64,000 bases of DNA from Nitrosopumilus sp. (GCA_965203315.1 OZ241857.1:800001-864000); one strand, 5' to 3'; positions 31,318 to 42,759 are shown, counted from the stretch's first letter. A program made the numbers and translations. Notes: generated from the letters alone by a model not told the origin.

Positions 31318-31779
31318 ATGGTAGATGTAGGCGATGCGGCCCCTTCATGGGAGCTCCCAGACATTGATCTAAAGATGCGAACTTTAGACGAGTTTCGTGG
31401 TAAAAAGTTGGTAATGTCATTTATCGTAGCAGCCAGTTCGCCAGTATGTGAGAGAGAGTTGTGTACATTCCGTGATGCATGGAGTGATGTTGCAGATACG
31501 GGAGCAAATATTGTCTCGATCAGTAACGATGGACCGTTTGCAAACAAGGCATTTGCAGAGAAGCATAACTTTAGGTTTCCATTGTTGTCAGACTATACTA
31601 GCAAGACCATTAGAGATTATGATGTATTGATGAAGGACTTGTTGCACATCAAAGATTACAACGCTGCAAAACGCTCTGTATTCATCGTAGACAAAGATGG
31701 CAAGATAGGATACAGATGGGTATCCGAAGATCCACTAAAAGAGCCAAACTATACAGAGATCATCAATCATCTAAAGTAA
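31318..31779 (+). CDS. peroxiredoxin (BCP/AhpC-TSA family)
   Basis: SPVCERELC, FPLLSD, AKRSVFIVD. Confidence 0.9.
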   Translation: MVDVGDAAPSWELPDIDLKMRTLDEFRGKKLVMSFIVAASSPVCERELCTFRDAWSDVADTGANIVSISNDGPFANKAFAEKHNFRFPLLSDYTSKTIRDYDVLMKDLLHIKDYNAAKRSVFIVDKDGKIGYRWVSEDPLKEPNYTEIINHLK

Positions 31780-31781
31780 TA

Positions 31782-32294
31782 TCAATTAATCTCAGCGATT
31801 GTATCGCCCTTGGCAACTGTGTCACCCTCTTTGATCGACATTGCGTGTATTGTACCGTTCTTGTGTGCTTTGACAGCCACCTGCATCTTCATTGACTCTA
31901 GAACACATATCGTGTCACCTTGGGCAACTGTATCACCAATACTTGTTGGAATGGATACAACTTTGCCAGGTATCTGACTCTTTAGTCCAAGCTGTATATT
32001 ACCTGGTCCGCCACCGCCAGAATTCTTGTATACGATATCGTCAAAGTGAGTATTCTTGTATAGTGTAATTTGAGTATTGTTTACAACTAGATCCATATGA
32101 TTTGTAGTTTGATCTATATAGATTACTTTGTGATACTGTTGATCTAGAATAAACTCAACACCGTTAGCATTTACATCTATTATCTCGAGTTGGTGTTCTG
32201 TGTCATTGATCTTGATGGCATATCTTTTATCCCCAAGCCTTTTGAGTATTACACCGTCAAAAGACTCTTCGATCTCGCTTATCGTATACTTCAT
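31782..32294 (-). CDS. acetyl/propionyl-CoA carboxylase biotin carrier subunit
   Basis: ESMKM biotinylation motif; operon position. Confidence 0.9.
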   Translation of the reverse strand: MKYTISEIEESFDGVILKRLGDKRYAIKINDTEHQLEIIDVNANGVEFILDQQYHKVIYIDQTTNHMDLVVNNTQITLYKNTHFDDIVYKNSGGGGPGNIQLGLKSQIPGKVVSIPTSIGDTVAQGDTICVLESMKMQVAVKAHKNGTIHAMSIKEGDTVAKGDTIAEIN

Positions 32295-33772
32295 GATCTC
32301 TCCTTCCATTGTGACAGTGTAGAATCAATTATGCGACTCTTGAGATACTCGTTGTGAATGATCGCAGCTGCTATGGCAGCTTTACTATGTGTACGTTTAT
32401 CTTCTTTGAGATCTGCAGCTAGTCTATCGATCATCGAGAAGCGTTTAAGAAAATCGGTCGAGAGTTGACCAGTCTTGTATTCATCAGACTTTAGAATAGT
32501 CTTGTACAATGGAATAGATGTCTCTACACCTTGGATGTAAAAGTCATCTAGTGCTGCAAGCATTCTTGTTCTAGACTCTTCAAAGGTTTGACCCCATGTA
32601 ACAAGTTTTGCCATCAACGAGTCATAAAAGGGAGATACTGTACATCCAGGATACAGATAGGTATCACATCTAACACCTGGACCAGCAGGTATAGTGACAG
32701 CAGGTATAGTACCTGTAGATGGTGCAAAGTCCAAGAATGTGTCCTCTGCGTTTATCCTACATTCTATTGCATATCCATTCATCTTTAGATCACTCTGCTT
32801 GAAAGGAAGGGGTTCGCCATTTGCGATATCTAGCTGTAGTTTAACTAGATCTAAACCAGAGACATACTCTGTTATCGGATGCTCAACTTGAAGCCGTGCA
32901 TTGATCTCGATAAAGTAAAACTCACCCGTATCAGCTCGAAGAAACTCGGCAGTTCCCAGATTTGTATAATCTACAGCCTTTGCTGCATCACATACGATCT
33001 GACCTATACGCTCACGAGTCTCATCATCTACTACAGGAGAGGGAGTCTGCTCGATCAGTTTCTGATTGCGACGTTGAATCGAACACTCTCGTTCAAAGAG
33101 ATGAACTGCATTACCATGAGTATCACGAGCCATCTGATACTCAATATGTCTAGTCTTTTCGAGAAACTTTTCAACAAGAATTGCAGACTTGCCTACAGCT
33201 GCTATAGACTCGCCGGTTACAGACTCGTATCCTGTTCGAAGTTCTGAATCGTTGTTGGCCAATCTGATTCCACGTCCACCACCACCATATACCGACTTGA
33301 GCAGTACAGGATAACCTATATCGTTTGCAATCTTGATGGCCTCTTCAACGTCTTTTACAAGATCAGGACTGCCTGGTACGGTTGGAACGTTTGCTTTGAG
33401 CATTGCAGCCTTGCAACGCATCTTGTCACCGCACAGATTCATAGAGTCGGCAGATGGACCTATAAAGTTGATCTTGTTATTTTCACAGAGTCTTGCAAAG
33501 TCGTCATTCTCAGACAAGAATCCATAACCTGGATGAACTGCATCTGCACCAGAAGATAGTATGACGTCTAGAATCTTCTCTTGATTTAGATACGATTCTG
33601 CAGGTGCAGCTCTACCTATATGATATGCTTCTGTGGCTTTCTTTACGTGTAACGAGTTGTAATCTTCATCAGAGTATATAGCAACGGTATCTATTCCAAG
33701 CGCATGACATGTACGCATCACGCGTAGAGCGATCTCACCCCTATTTGCAACAAGAACTTTCTCAATCATCAC
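32291..33772 (-). CDS. accC: acetyl/propionyl-CoA carboxylase biotin carboxylase subunit
   Basis: ANRGEIA, HPGYGFLSEN, GGGGRG, RECSIQRRNQK, RLQVEH. Confidence 0.95.
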   Translation of the reverse strand: MMIEKVLVANRGEIALRVMRTCHALGIDTVAIYSDEDYNSLHVKKATEAYHIGRAAPAESYLNQEKILDVILSSGADAVHPGYGFLSENDDFARLCENNKINFIGPSADSMNLCGDKMRCKAAMLKANVPTVPGSPDLVKDVEEAIKIANDIGYPVLLKSVYGGGGRGIRLANNDSELRTGYESVTGESIAAVGKSAILVEKFLEKTRHIEYQMARDTHGNAVHLFERECSIQRRNQKLIEQTPSPVVDDETRERIGQIVCDAAKAVDYTNLGTAEFLRADTGEFYFIEINARLQVEHPITEYVSGLDLVKLQLDIANGEPLPFKQSDLKMNGYAIECRINAEDTFLDFAPSTGTIPAVTIPAGPGVRCDTYLYPGCTVSPFYDSLMAKLVTWGQTFEESRTRMLAALDDFYIQGVETSIPLYKTILKSDEYKTGQLSTDFLKRFSMIDRLAADLKEDKRTHSKAAIAAAIIHNEYLKSRIIDSTLSQWKERS

Positions 33773-33775
33773 ACA

Positions 33776-35338
33776 TCACAAGTTTATGTTCCCATGTTTC
33801 CTTTGAAGTTGATGTTCTCGTTTGTTTGAGACTAGTTCTAGTGCCTTGATCAACATTGGACGTGTCTGTGCAGGATCAATTATATCATCCACTGTACCGT
33901 GTGATGCAGCAACGTATGGATTTTCAAACTTTGATACAAACTCGTCGACAAGCTGTTTGCGTAGTTTGTCTGGATCACTCGCAGCTGCGATATCTTTACG
34001 GTTCATTATCTTTACAGCTGCTTCGCCACCCAATACGGCACACCTAGCAGTTGGCCATGCATAATTGATATCAGTTCGAAGATTCTTACTGCCCATTGCA
34101 ATGTATGCACCGCCATATGCCTTGCCAAGTACTAGTGTGATCTTTGGCACAGTAGCCTCGCAGTATGCATATAATAATTTACTACCATGTCGTATGATAC
34201 CATTGTGTTCTTGATTGGATCCAGGCATATATCCAGGAGTATCAACTAGCGTCACTATAGGTATGTTAAACGCATCACAGAAACGAATGAATCTAGCAGC
34301 TTTATTGGAAGAGTCGATATCAAGTGCGCCTGCAAGATGCATTGGTTGATTTGCTACAATTCCTACAACGTTACCGCCTAGTCGAGCATAGCCAACCACA
34401 ATGTTTGGCGCAAAGAGTTCATGTACCTCAAAGAATCTATGTTCATCAACTATACTGTTAATGATCTCTTTAACATCGTATGGATGACGAGGATCATCAG
34501 GAATTATATTTATCAGATTGTGATCAATTCGGTTGGGATCATCTGTGTTGATTATCTTTGGCGGATCTTGAGAGTTGTTTTGTGGCAAGAACGATAATAG
34601 TTGTTTGATATAATCCATACACTCGTACTCGTTTGTGGCAACAAAGTGAGCGACGCCACTCTTTGTACCATGAGTTATAGCACCACCTAAATCTTCAAAA
34701 GAGATCTCTTCACCAAGAACAGTCTTTACAACATCAGGACCTGTGACGAACATCGTTCCTGCTTTCTCGACCATTATTACAAAGTCAGTCATAGCAGGCG
34801 AGTAGACAGAGCCGCCTGCTGATGGACCAATACTTGCGGTAATCTGTGGTACAACACCAGATATGAGTTGGTTGTGATAAAAGATATCTGCAAATCCATC
34901 AAGACTCATTATTCCCTCTTGTATTCGTGCGCCTCCAGAGTCCATTATTCCAATTATAGGGGATCCAGTTCTTGCTGCATGATCCATGAGTTTTGTGATC
35001 TTTGTTGCACCCATCTTACTAAGTGTTCCACCAAGAACAGTAAAGTCGTACGCAAATACAAACACTTGACGTCCCGATATCTTGCCATATCCACCAACTA
35101 CACCATCTGTAAAGAACTTTTTCTTTTGCATATCATACTCGTGATAGTGATGAGTAACCATAGCATCGATCTCTGTAAAAGTGCCTTCGTCTAAAAGAAT
35201 CTCAATTCGTTCACGTGCTGTCAGTTTGCCTTTACTATGTTGTGCATCTATACGATCTTTGCCACCTCCCTGCAAGACTATGTTACTCTTTCTTGTAAAC
35301 TCGTCAATCTTTTCAGAGTGCATTAACGATATATACAA
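33776..35338 (-). CDS. pccB: acetyl/propionyl-CoA carboxylase carboxyltransferase subunit
   Basis: GKLTARERI, DSGGARIQEG, KAYGGAY, KHGNINL. Confidence 0.93.
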   Translation of the reverse strand: MYISLMHSEKIDEFTRKSNIVLQGGGKDRIDAQHSKGKLTARERIEILLDEGTFTEIDAMVTHHYHEYDMQKKKFFTDGVVGGYGKISGRQVFVFAYDFTVLGGTLSKMGATKITKLMDHAARTGSPIIGIMDSGGARIQEGIMSLDGFADIFYHNQLISGVVPQITASIGPSAGGSVYSPAMTDFVIMVEKAGTMFVTGPDVVKTVLGEEISFEDLGGAITHGTKSGVAHFVATNEYECMDYIKQLLSFLPQNNSQDPPKIINTDDPNRIDHNLINIIPDDPRHPYDVKEIINSIVDEHRFFEVHELFAPNIVVGYARLGGNVVGIVANQPMHLAGALDIDSSNKAARFIRFCDAFNIPIVTLVDTPGYMPGSNQEHNGIIRHGSKLLYAYCEATVPKITLVLGKAYGGAYIAMGSKNLRTDINYAWPTARCAVLGGEAAVKIMNRKDIAAASDPDKLRKQLVDEFVSKFENPYVAASHGTVDDIIDPAQTRPMLIKALELVSNKREHQLQRKHGNINL

Positions 35339-35395
35339 AAAATATTTCCTATATTAGTTTACAGATAGAATAGCAATAGTTGAATCGATTCGATA

Positions 35396-35707
35396 TTAAA
35401 GTTTGAGAGCAGTAGATCTATTACCTACCGCTCTTTGATATGAGTGTAGTGGATCATCTGTATCGACACATTTACTACATACACATTTAGGCGATATATT
35501 TGGTATATCACAGATATCTGCAAACTCGCATATTTCACAACCGGCAGGTCCACCACAGATGGCACAAGGTATAGACTCTGATTCAGAGCATTCAAGATGT
35601 TTGACGCCTTGATTCTTTGCCCATAGTCCAAGATCACCTTTTTTGAGATCACCCTTACATATGACACATTTGCCAGGAAACTTCATCTGCATCTTTATCC
35701 AACTCAT
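35396..35707 (-). CDS. Cys-rich hypothetical protein
   Basis: multiple CxxC; coupled to rfcL. Confidence 0.7.
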   Translation of the reverse strand: MSWIKMQMKFPGKCVICKGDLKKGDLGLWAKNQGVKHLECSESESIPCAICGGPAGCEICEFADICDIPNISPKCVCSKCVDTDDPLHSYQRAVGNRSTALKL

Positions 35708-36849
35708 ATCTTTTCAACCTCTTTTGTGATGATCTCTATGTGGTCATCGAATGTGATCGCATTGTGTTTGATGCAATACAACATAAACGGCATGCATATT
35801 GTAACAAATGCGCTCGATGACATGTGTAGTTGTTTTGCAAAAGACTTGGACATCTCTCGTATCTTTGCACCATCCCATCGTATTTGATTCAATAGAGGAA
35901 ATGATAGATTGTATTTCGTGTATCGAATTGAACTGTTCCCATGTAGACGCAGTAGAGTGTCATTTAGATATCTCAAGAGCCTCCAATTCTGTGTCTTTGT
36001 TATCTTGCCAAGCAACATATCTGCATCAGACAAGACGTTCAAAAGGCTCGCAAGTCTTTGTGCGTCTATATTACTAGTTATCACACTAGAGTAGAATCCT
36101 TGGATCTTTTCACGTGGATCGACTTGCATCGCATATAGTATACCACGTGCCTCTTCAATGGTTTTGGCTTTAAAGAAAGAGTTGATTCCGTCCTCAACCG
36201 AGATACGTTCAAAGGACGTATCTGTCTGTGGGTTAAATCCAGTAACTAGTGACTGAGCCAAGTTTATCATAGAACGGATATCGCCACGAGCCTTGTTGAT
36301 TACTTTGATCAGTGAACCGGGGCTGAGTTGAGCTCCCTCACGTTTTAGAATATCTTGTAGATATATGCGTAAAAGTCTTGGAGCGATTCGTTTAAACTTG
36401 ATCGTCTTTACTGCTTTGAGGATCGGTTTCATCTTGTCAGATGTATCGTCGTTTGCAGCAAGAATTATTGGAATGGTTGGTTCTTTGAGAATCTCAACTA
36501 GGGCGGCAACACCACCATAATCATTACGACCATGAATTCCGTCCACTTCGTCGATAAAGATCATTGGTGAGCCTACAAGGGTCGTACTCTCTAAAATAGG
36601 AGATAGTATCTCTTGTATCTTGGCCTTGTTTCTTACATCACTCGCATTGAGTCCGATCATATCATATCCAAACTGATCTGCAATGATAAATGCCATGGTG
36701 GTCTTGCCGATGCCTGGTGGTCCTACAAGTAAGAGTGGTTTTGAGCCCTTCTTCCATTTTGCAAACCATTCTACAATCTCTGCACGTGACTCTTCGTTAC
36801 CGATCATAGAGTTTATCGTCTTTGGTCGATGCTTTTCAGACCACATCAA
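35704..36849 (-). CDS. rfcL: replication factor C large subunit
   Basis: WSEKHRP, GPPGIGKTT, LNASD, DEVDG, GDIRS. Confidence 0.9.
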   Translation of the reverse strand: MMWSEKHRPKTINSMIGNEESRAEIVEWFAKWKKGSKPLLLVGPPGIGKTTMAFIIADQFGYDMIGLNASDVRNKAKIQEILSPILESTTLVGSPMIFIDEVDGIHGRNDYGGVAALVEILKEPTIPIILAANDDTSDKMKPILKAVKTIKFKRIAPRLLRIYLQDILKREGAQLSPGSLIKVINKARGDIRSMINLAQSLVTGFNPQTDTSFERISVEDGINSFFKAKTIEEARGILYAMQVDPREKIQGFYSSVITSNIDAQRLASLLNVLSDADMLLGKITKTQNWRLLRYLNDTLLRLHGNSSIRYTKYNLSFPLLNQIRWDGAKIREMSKSFAKQLHMSSSAFVTICMPFMLYCIKHNAITFDDHIEIITKEVEKI

Positions 36850-37973
36850 TTAGGATCATCTCGCGGGAGTCGGGATTCAAGATCTTTCAATATATCTGAT
36901 CGTCGTAGTCGTGTATGCCAGTACTGATTGTAGTGTTCTAGTGTCAAAAACAGAAACTCTAGAAAGTCGGTATGAGTATAATCGTCTGGGAGTAGTTCTA
37001 GAGCGAGTCTTGCATCATCTAGATACAGATTGCTCTTCTTTAGTGTAAGATCAAGTCCATCAGAGACGCTACCCGACAGTAGTGAGTAATATAATGGCCA
37101 TGACGGAATCTTTATGAATTGTCCCTTCAACGAGTCTTCGATCTCATTACCACATCCAGCACTCTCTGCTGCACGAGCCATGCCGAGATAAAATATCTCA
37201 CCGAGAGGACGTTCTGCTAGTGCCATATTACGACCAGCGGTTCCCATCACTGCGCGATACTTTTTGTAAGATATGTTCATCTCTTCTTCGGTTATTCTAG
37301 TTGGTTTAGACTTTAACTGTTCATCCATATATTGTCCAACACGCGCATCTTGAAATCCTCGTTCAAACTCTTTGAGAACTTTATCGCCACCACGCGCTAT
37401 CTTTGTGCGAGCAAGTTTGAGAATATATGGATTCATGAGTTTATAGTCGTCAAGAAACTCTAGATCTTCGTCCCTGTCAACTATACGATCCATGGGCTCA
37501 CTCAGATCTATTGCAATGATGTGCCCTTCGACGATATCTTGGCGCAGTGTAGAATCATCGCGATTTGTGAGTTTTGCTGCACTGTCATACAATGCATTGA
37601 ATACAGGAAATGTCATCTTGACAAAGTTAGAGTCAAGTATACGTAGTACACGATCATACAATGTATCATAGTCATCGAGTCTTGAACGTATCGGTTCGAT
37701 CTCAGAAGAGTTGAGGGTGATCTTGGTAGAGCCGACCTCATCTGCGAATTTTTGTTGAGTACTATTAGGGTTTGGATCAGAACGGATCTCATCATATAGT
37801 CCTTTGGCAAAACGCTGCACAAATGCAGAAAACTCGTTCTCCGTCTGAGTCTTGTACGTTTCAAACATCTTGAAACCCTTTGATTTAAAGAGTCCTTGTT
37901 TGAGAATACTCTTTCCTGGTTTTGTACTCATCAAGGCTTCTTTACTTGTAACAGATGGATCCTTACTGCTCAT
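36846..37973 (-). CDS. conserved hypothetical protein
   Basis: long ORF coupled to rfcL; the ORF extension to 38069 runs into a MITE so the start is set at MSSKD. Confidence 0.7.
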   Translation of the reverse strand: MSSKDPSVTSKEALMSTKPGKSILKQGLFKSKGFKMFETYKTQTENEFSAFVQRFAKGLYDEIRSDPNPNSTQQKFADEVGSTKITLNSSEIEPIRSRLDDYDTLYDRVLRILDSNFVKMTFPVFNALYDSAAKLTNRDDSTLRQDIVEGHIIAIDLSEPMDRIVDRDEDLEFLDDYKLMNPYILKLARTKIARGGDKVLKEFERGFQDARVGQYMDEQLKSKPTRITEEEMNISYKKYRAVMGTAGRNMALAERPLGEIFYLGMARAAESAGCGNEIEDSLKGQFIKIPSWPLYYSLLSGSVSDGLDLTLKKSNLYLDDARLALELLPDDYTHTDFLEFLFLTLEHYNQYWHTRLRRSDILKDLESRLPRDDPN

Positions 37974-38040
37974 AGATCTCAGATCTAGGTTGTTGATATT
38001 TATGCTTTCAAACCACATACAAGGTACTGGTCTCGCGCAT

Positions 38041-38154
38041 GGATCTTTTCGATTTACGTGAAATGGCATCTTGGAAGATTTTCCTAAAAGTGCTCCTAAA
38101 AGACCGGCATTCCTTCTTCCGCTAAAATCTTATCTCACAAGAATCGAAGAATCC
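38041..38154. mobile_element. MITE family A, degenerate copy
   Basis: GGATCTTTTCGATTTACGTG ... degenerate right TIR ending ATCC. Confidence 0.6.
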
Positions 38155-38350
38155 TATATTTGGGATACACTAAAGGAATAGACATAAGACTGTATGCGTA
38201 TTTCTTACATCATACTCACGTTTTAAGGTACAATAAAACACAAGTGTGATTTCTAGAGGCGAATTGATTCATTGTTGTCATGTTTGATGATGGGACATGA
38301 GCGCTCTTAATAATATGCATACAGTCTATAGTCTCCAGGGTTGAGTCTTT

Positions 38351-40114
38351 CTATGCCTCATCTTGAGGTGGTTGCTCAGGTGGGTCTGTCACAGGTGGAG
38401 TGAATTTGTACGAATCTGCATGTGTGCCTATCAGTCTAGCCTTATCATTTGTGCCATATAGTATAATATCATAGTCGCCGGCGGTTAGAGAGATCGTAAA
38501 TGTCGCGTTGTTGTCAGCGATGCTGGTACTGCCACGTGTTACAGTGTCGTCAGAGGCGGTTACAATCCAGTGGATCGTACTTGGTCGGAGTGCTTTGACT
38601 GTGTCGCTTCCAGAGGCAAAGTTCTTTTCCTCAAACGTGTATGAAAATTGTATGCCAGTTGAAGAATTTGTGGCAGATATGTTCAGGTCAAATATCTTTG
38701 CTATCTGTCTAGACTGCTCCTTTTTAATGACACCAAATTGGCACACTACATCATCACTCAACTGTACACTAGTACCTTGAGGAAGATGGACTGTACCGGG
38801 CGCATTACGAATTGTACCGGGCGCAAAGTTTGTACTGCTGTCAGCATCTGGCAGCTGTATGATCAAGCCGTTATCTAATTTTTTATAGAATATTGGAGCT
38901 GCATTATAGTATAGTGGAGAACCACTAGAGCTGGTACTGTATACTCGTTTGTTGTTTATGGTATTATCGGTTTCAAAAAAGAATGCGATCAAACGACTAG
39001 TATCACTGTCACCAAATAGATCGTTTGAGATGGTTGCGTTATAATATCTAGAACCGCCACGTTCTTCGATAAAGGTGGAAGGCAGAGAGATGGAAAAGAC
39101 ACCAGTATCCTTCTTTATAATCACAAAGACTTTACCATCGAACTCGGTTTGACCCGTTGAAAATTTCAAGACAACATCTTGATCGGGAGTCATCGATACT
39201 GTATAGGATATCTTGTGACGCTCTTGGCTGCACTTTGGCATTGAGAGGTATTGCGTCATAATATCTTTATTTTGTGCAGTAAGGGTCGTGCTGTTTATCA
39301 TGTTGGAGTAATCTTGATGAGTGTATGTAGATCCAAGTTGGCTAGATGTAGAACTTGTAGATTGTGTACCTGGATTGAGGTTTATGGGATTTGCCGGTGT
39401 GGTTACGGTGTCTGCTGCACCGTAAAAGCCAGTCAGTCGTTTTGTAATGATGACCATATCATCACCATGTTTGCCGTAACATACAGTATTGTTACCTTTG
39501 AGGACATTGTTTGTATCGATCAGGTCAGTTGTACATACGGGGATTGGTTGAGCATCTAGTATGTTGTCACGTGGGGAAAAGTAGAATGGTTTTTTGTCTG
39601 CCTTGTCATATATGGTAACTCGCATGTCCCTGGCGATTATCAACGGTTGGTTAGAGGCAGCTTCAGGATCTGGTGAGCAACTTCCACCGCCTGTAACTTG
39701 AAAGTCTAATCCGTATGCAGATAGTCTATTCTTTTTGTTAGGTTCTATATTGTTGGGTATGTCAAAACCTGGAACACGTTTTGCGTTGAGCCATTTAACA
39801 CGCTCAAAATTTGCATGGCATTGAGTGGTAGAAGAGCCCACAAGCGCAGGGTGCTCTAATGTCATAGCGTACGGTACAATATAGAGATCAGCTGTAGTTT
39901 TTTCTGAGACGTCAACTAGTCTAGAAGCGGCACTAGCATAGTGCATACGACCATATTCGTCTGGATAGAAATAAACTTGAGAAGACGATGTCTTGTTGGT
40001 TATAGGAGTGATGGTTAATAGATCACTAGTTGCAAATGCATCATCTAGCTCAACTATCAGAAACGGTATAACTGTTATTAAAACTAGAACAGGGATCAGA
40101 TGACGCTTGTTCAA
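38351..40114 (-). CDS. secreted/surface protein with one copy of a Cys-containing module, paralogue of 47538-51323
   Basis: signal peptide HLIPVLVL..LDDAF; MRVTIYDK..FYFSP..AQPIPVCTTD..CYG..IITKRLTGFYG module. Confidence 0.75.
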   Translation of the reverse strand: MNKRHLIPVLVLITVIPFLIVELDDAFATSDLLTITPITNKTSSSQVYFYPDEYGRMHYASAASRLVDVSEKTTADLYIVPYAMTLEHPALVGSSTTQCHANFERVKWLNAKRVPGFDIPNNIEPNKKNRLSAYGLDFQVTGGGSCSPDPEAASNQPLIIARDMRVTIYDKADKKPFYFSPRDNILDAQPIPVCTTDLIDTNNVLKGNNTVCYGKHGDDMVIITKRLTGFYGAADTVTTPANPINLNPGTQSTSSTSSQLGSTYTHQDYSNMINSTTLTAQNKDIMTQYLSMPKCSQERHKISYTVSMTPDQDVVLKFSTGQTEFDGKVFVIIKKDTGVFSISLPSTFIEERGGSRYYNATISNDLFGDSDTSRLIAFFFETDNTINNKRVYSTSSSGSPLYYNAAPIFYKKLDNGLIIQLPDADSSTNFAPGTIRNAPGTVHLPQGTSVQLSDDVVCQFGVIKKEQSRQIAKIFDLNISATNSSTGIQFSYTFEEKNFASGSDTVKALRPSTIHWIVTASDDTVTRGSTSIADNNATFTISLTAGDYDIILYGTNDKARLIGTHADSYKFTPPVTDPPEQPPQDEA

Positions 40115-40141
40115 TAATTCCCCCCCAAGGCGTTTATAAAA
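40115..40141 (-). promoter_or_regulatory. TATA box (TTTTATAAA) followed by G7 tract before the TTG start
   Basis: C7 at 40120-40126; TATA at 40133-40141; homologous to 51324-51356. Confidence 0.7.
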
Positions 40142-40300
40142 GTATCGATCAGTGGTTCGTAAGCAATTAACCTGACAACGACCTTGTAGTGTTTTGAGGC
40201 ATCATGTTAGTTAATCGTATGTTTTTGAGTGATATCTTGCATCGCTTGTTTTCATACAAGTACAGTGAACTTAAATTAAAACGATCAAATCAGAGTATCA

Positions 40301-41095
40301 ATGGATATGATAGATGTACTAAAGGAGGCTTCAAAACGGATTTATGAGGATGTCAAAGGACTTGCAGGGACACCAGCAGCGGCAGGAGACTTTGGGGTCG
40401 GTGCAGGGGGAGATATTTCTAGAAACATAGACATTACAGCAGAGGCTTCAGTGTTAGATTTTCTGCGTGAGATGAAATTTGACGGAATTGTTCTAGGTGA
40501 AGAATGTGGTCCTGTACAGTTCGTCATAGAACCAAAAGGCTGCATAATAATGGATGCGATAGATGGTTCGGCAAACGCCGTAAGAGGATTACCATTCTTT
40601 TGTAGTTCGCTAGCATATGCTACAGGTGATACGCTTGGTTCAATAACGGACGCCGTGGTTACTGATCTATCAAACGGAGACATGTATTGGGCTACAAGAA
40701 ACAGAGGCGCGTATCTAAATGGAGTCAAAATATCTACATACGAGTACAATCCAATATATCGCATAGTTGGAGTAAACACATCAGGAGCAACACCAGAGCT
40801 GATGCGACAAATGGACTCTATATTCATCAACAATCATACTAGACATCTTGGTGCGAATGCATTAGAGATGGCCACACTTGCAAAAGGATCGATGGACGTC
40901 TTTATAGATCTACGAGAAAAGATCAGAGTTCATGATATTGCAGCTGGTTATCTAATAATAAATGAGGCAGGCGGTATTATCTTAGATAAAGAACTCGATA
41001 CATTAGATGCAACGATCAGTTATGATACTCGAATATCATTTATTGCAGCTGCCAACCAAAAGATCCTAGACGAAGTAATGTCAGATATGAGATAA
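40301..41095 (+). CDS. inositol monophosphatase/FBPase family protein
   Basis: GEE, DAIDGSAN, HDIAAG motifs. Confidence 0.9.
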   Translation: MDMIDVLKEASKRIYEDVKGLAGTPAAAGDFGVGAGGDISRNIDITAEASVLDFLREMKFDGIVLGEECGPVQFVIEPKGCIIMDAIDGSANAVRGLPFFCSSLAYATGDTLGSITDAVVTDLSNGDMYWATRNRGAYLNGVKISTYEYNPIYRIVGVNTSGATPELMRQMDSIFINNHTRHLGANALEMATLAKGSMDVFIDLREKIRVHDIAAGYLIINEAGGIILDKELDTLDATISYDTRISFIAAANQKILDEVMSDMR

Positions 41096-41826
41096 ATGAC
41101 AATGTAAATCGACACTATAGGGTATCGAAATAAAGTATTTCATATATTGAAATCAAAGTATATTGTACAAATTCCCAGAACAGAATTCTGTAAGAGTGGA
41201 ATTATAATATAATGGAACAAAGATTAGAGAACTCTCATTGCACAATAGAGAGATGTCTACAGGAGACCGTATTCATAATTCAATTTTGGCCAATATTGGT
41301 GTTTGAATATTTTTGCGTGATGTGACGTGATTTGAGCTATTCCATTTATGTTGGGTTTTAATATATATGCAGATCTATAAATTCACAACATATTGTAAAT
41401 TTACCTCTAGGATATCAAAAATTTTGTCAAAAATTTTCATCAATATTAAACTAAACAGGAAATATGCATAGTGGTAAGTGTGTATTTTGGTTTATGTCAA
41501 GATGATCGTGGCGAGTATCAAGAGAGAACCGAATTGTGAATAGGGTCTAGGGGATTATTACTATACATAAGAGATAGAATTAGTTCTAATGATGAAAAAC
41601 TAAAAACCAAGACATGCATTATACTGTAAAGGCAACAAGATCGGCCATTCAATCATATGTACAATGACACATACATCTAAGAGACTCCAGATCGGACCAT
41701 GATTTATTGAATATTTTGTTGTACATTTGTACCATATTGCAGAATTCGTGCATTCATATCAGACATCAGTAGATTAGACGAAACGATAGGAAATCATATT
41801 ATATCCAATGGTACTATAGATACATC

Positions 41827-42666
41827 ATGGTATCAGAGGTAAAGGCAAAGATAACCTACATGGAGTTGATTAAAGAAGATCTTGTAATAATACGCATAGT
41901 TCCAGAGAACGGTATGCCAGATTACAAGACAGGTCAGTTTTTGACGATTGGTGTTCCAATACCATCAGAGAAGAAGATAGTCAGGCGCGCATACTCGATT
42001 GCATCACATCCTGAGAATAAAGACTATTTTGAATTTGTTATACGATGGGTTAGAAAACCATTGCCAGGTAGAGTTACAACCGAGTTATTTTATGCAAACG
42101 TAGGTGACGAGGTATACATGGGAAGTCCTACCGGTGCTGCTCTACAGATCAGTGATGTACTACCAGATGGTAAAAAAGACAACCGTAGAATAGTCTGTGT
42201 TGGTGGAGGAACTGGACTGGCACCATTTATTGCATTTGCAAAACATCTGCACGACACTGGGGATAAACGCGAAGTTGTTGTATTACATGGTGCAAGTTAT
42301 GTTGACGAGTTGAGCTATAAACGCCTGTTGACCGATCTCGAGTTAGAAAGCGAAAAACAAGGGAGAGACAAATGGAACTTTAAATACCGAGCTGCAATAA
42401 GCAGACCAAAAGAGTTCTTCAACAGATCATGGTCTGGACATGTAGGCAGAGTAGAGTCATTCTTCAAACCAGGCAAGACAGGCATGTCACCTCTAGAAGA
42501 GATGGTAGGAGAAGAGATTACACCAAACAATACAATAATCTACATCTGTGGATATCAGGGAACTATTGATGGAGTCTTGGGTTATGTTGAGTCAAAAGGA
42601 TTTGTAACTGAACAAGAGAAGAAGCCAGATGGTAGTTTTGGAGTAAAGTACGAGTCATATGGATAG
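41827..42666 (+). CDS. ferredoxin-NADP+ reductase
   Basis: RAYSIAS, GGTGLAPF, YICG, C-terminal ESYG. Confidence 0.88.
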   Translation: MVSEVKAKITYMELIKEDLVIIRIVPENGMPDYKTGQFLTIGVPIPSEKKIVRRAYSIASHPENKDYFEFVIRWVRKPLPGRVTTELFYANVGDEVYMGSPTGAALQISDVLPDGKKDNRRIVCVGGGTGLAPFIAFAKHLHDTGDKREVVVLHGASYVDELSYKRLLTDLELESEKQGRDKWNFKYRAAISRPKEFFNRSWSGHVGRVESFFKPGKTGMSPLEEMVGEEITPNNTIIYICGYQGTIDGVLGYVESKGFVTEQEKKPDGSFGVKYESYG

Positions 42667-42759
42667 AATTGGTGTTCAGACAAGTTTGATAGTCACTTGA
42701 AAGATATCATAAGATATTAGTCAAGAAATGGGCACCAACAGGACAACTTTGCTATATTC

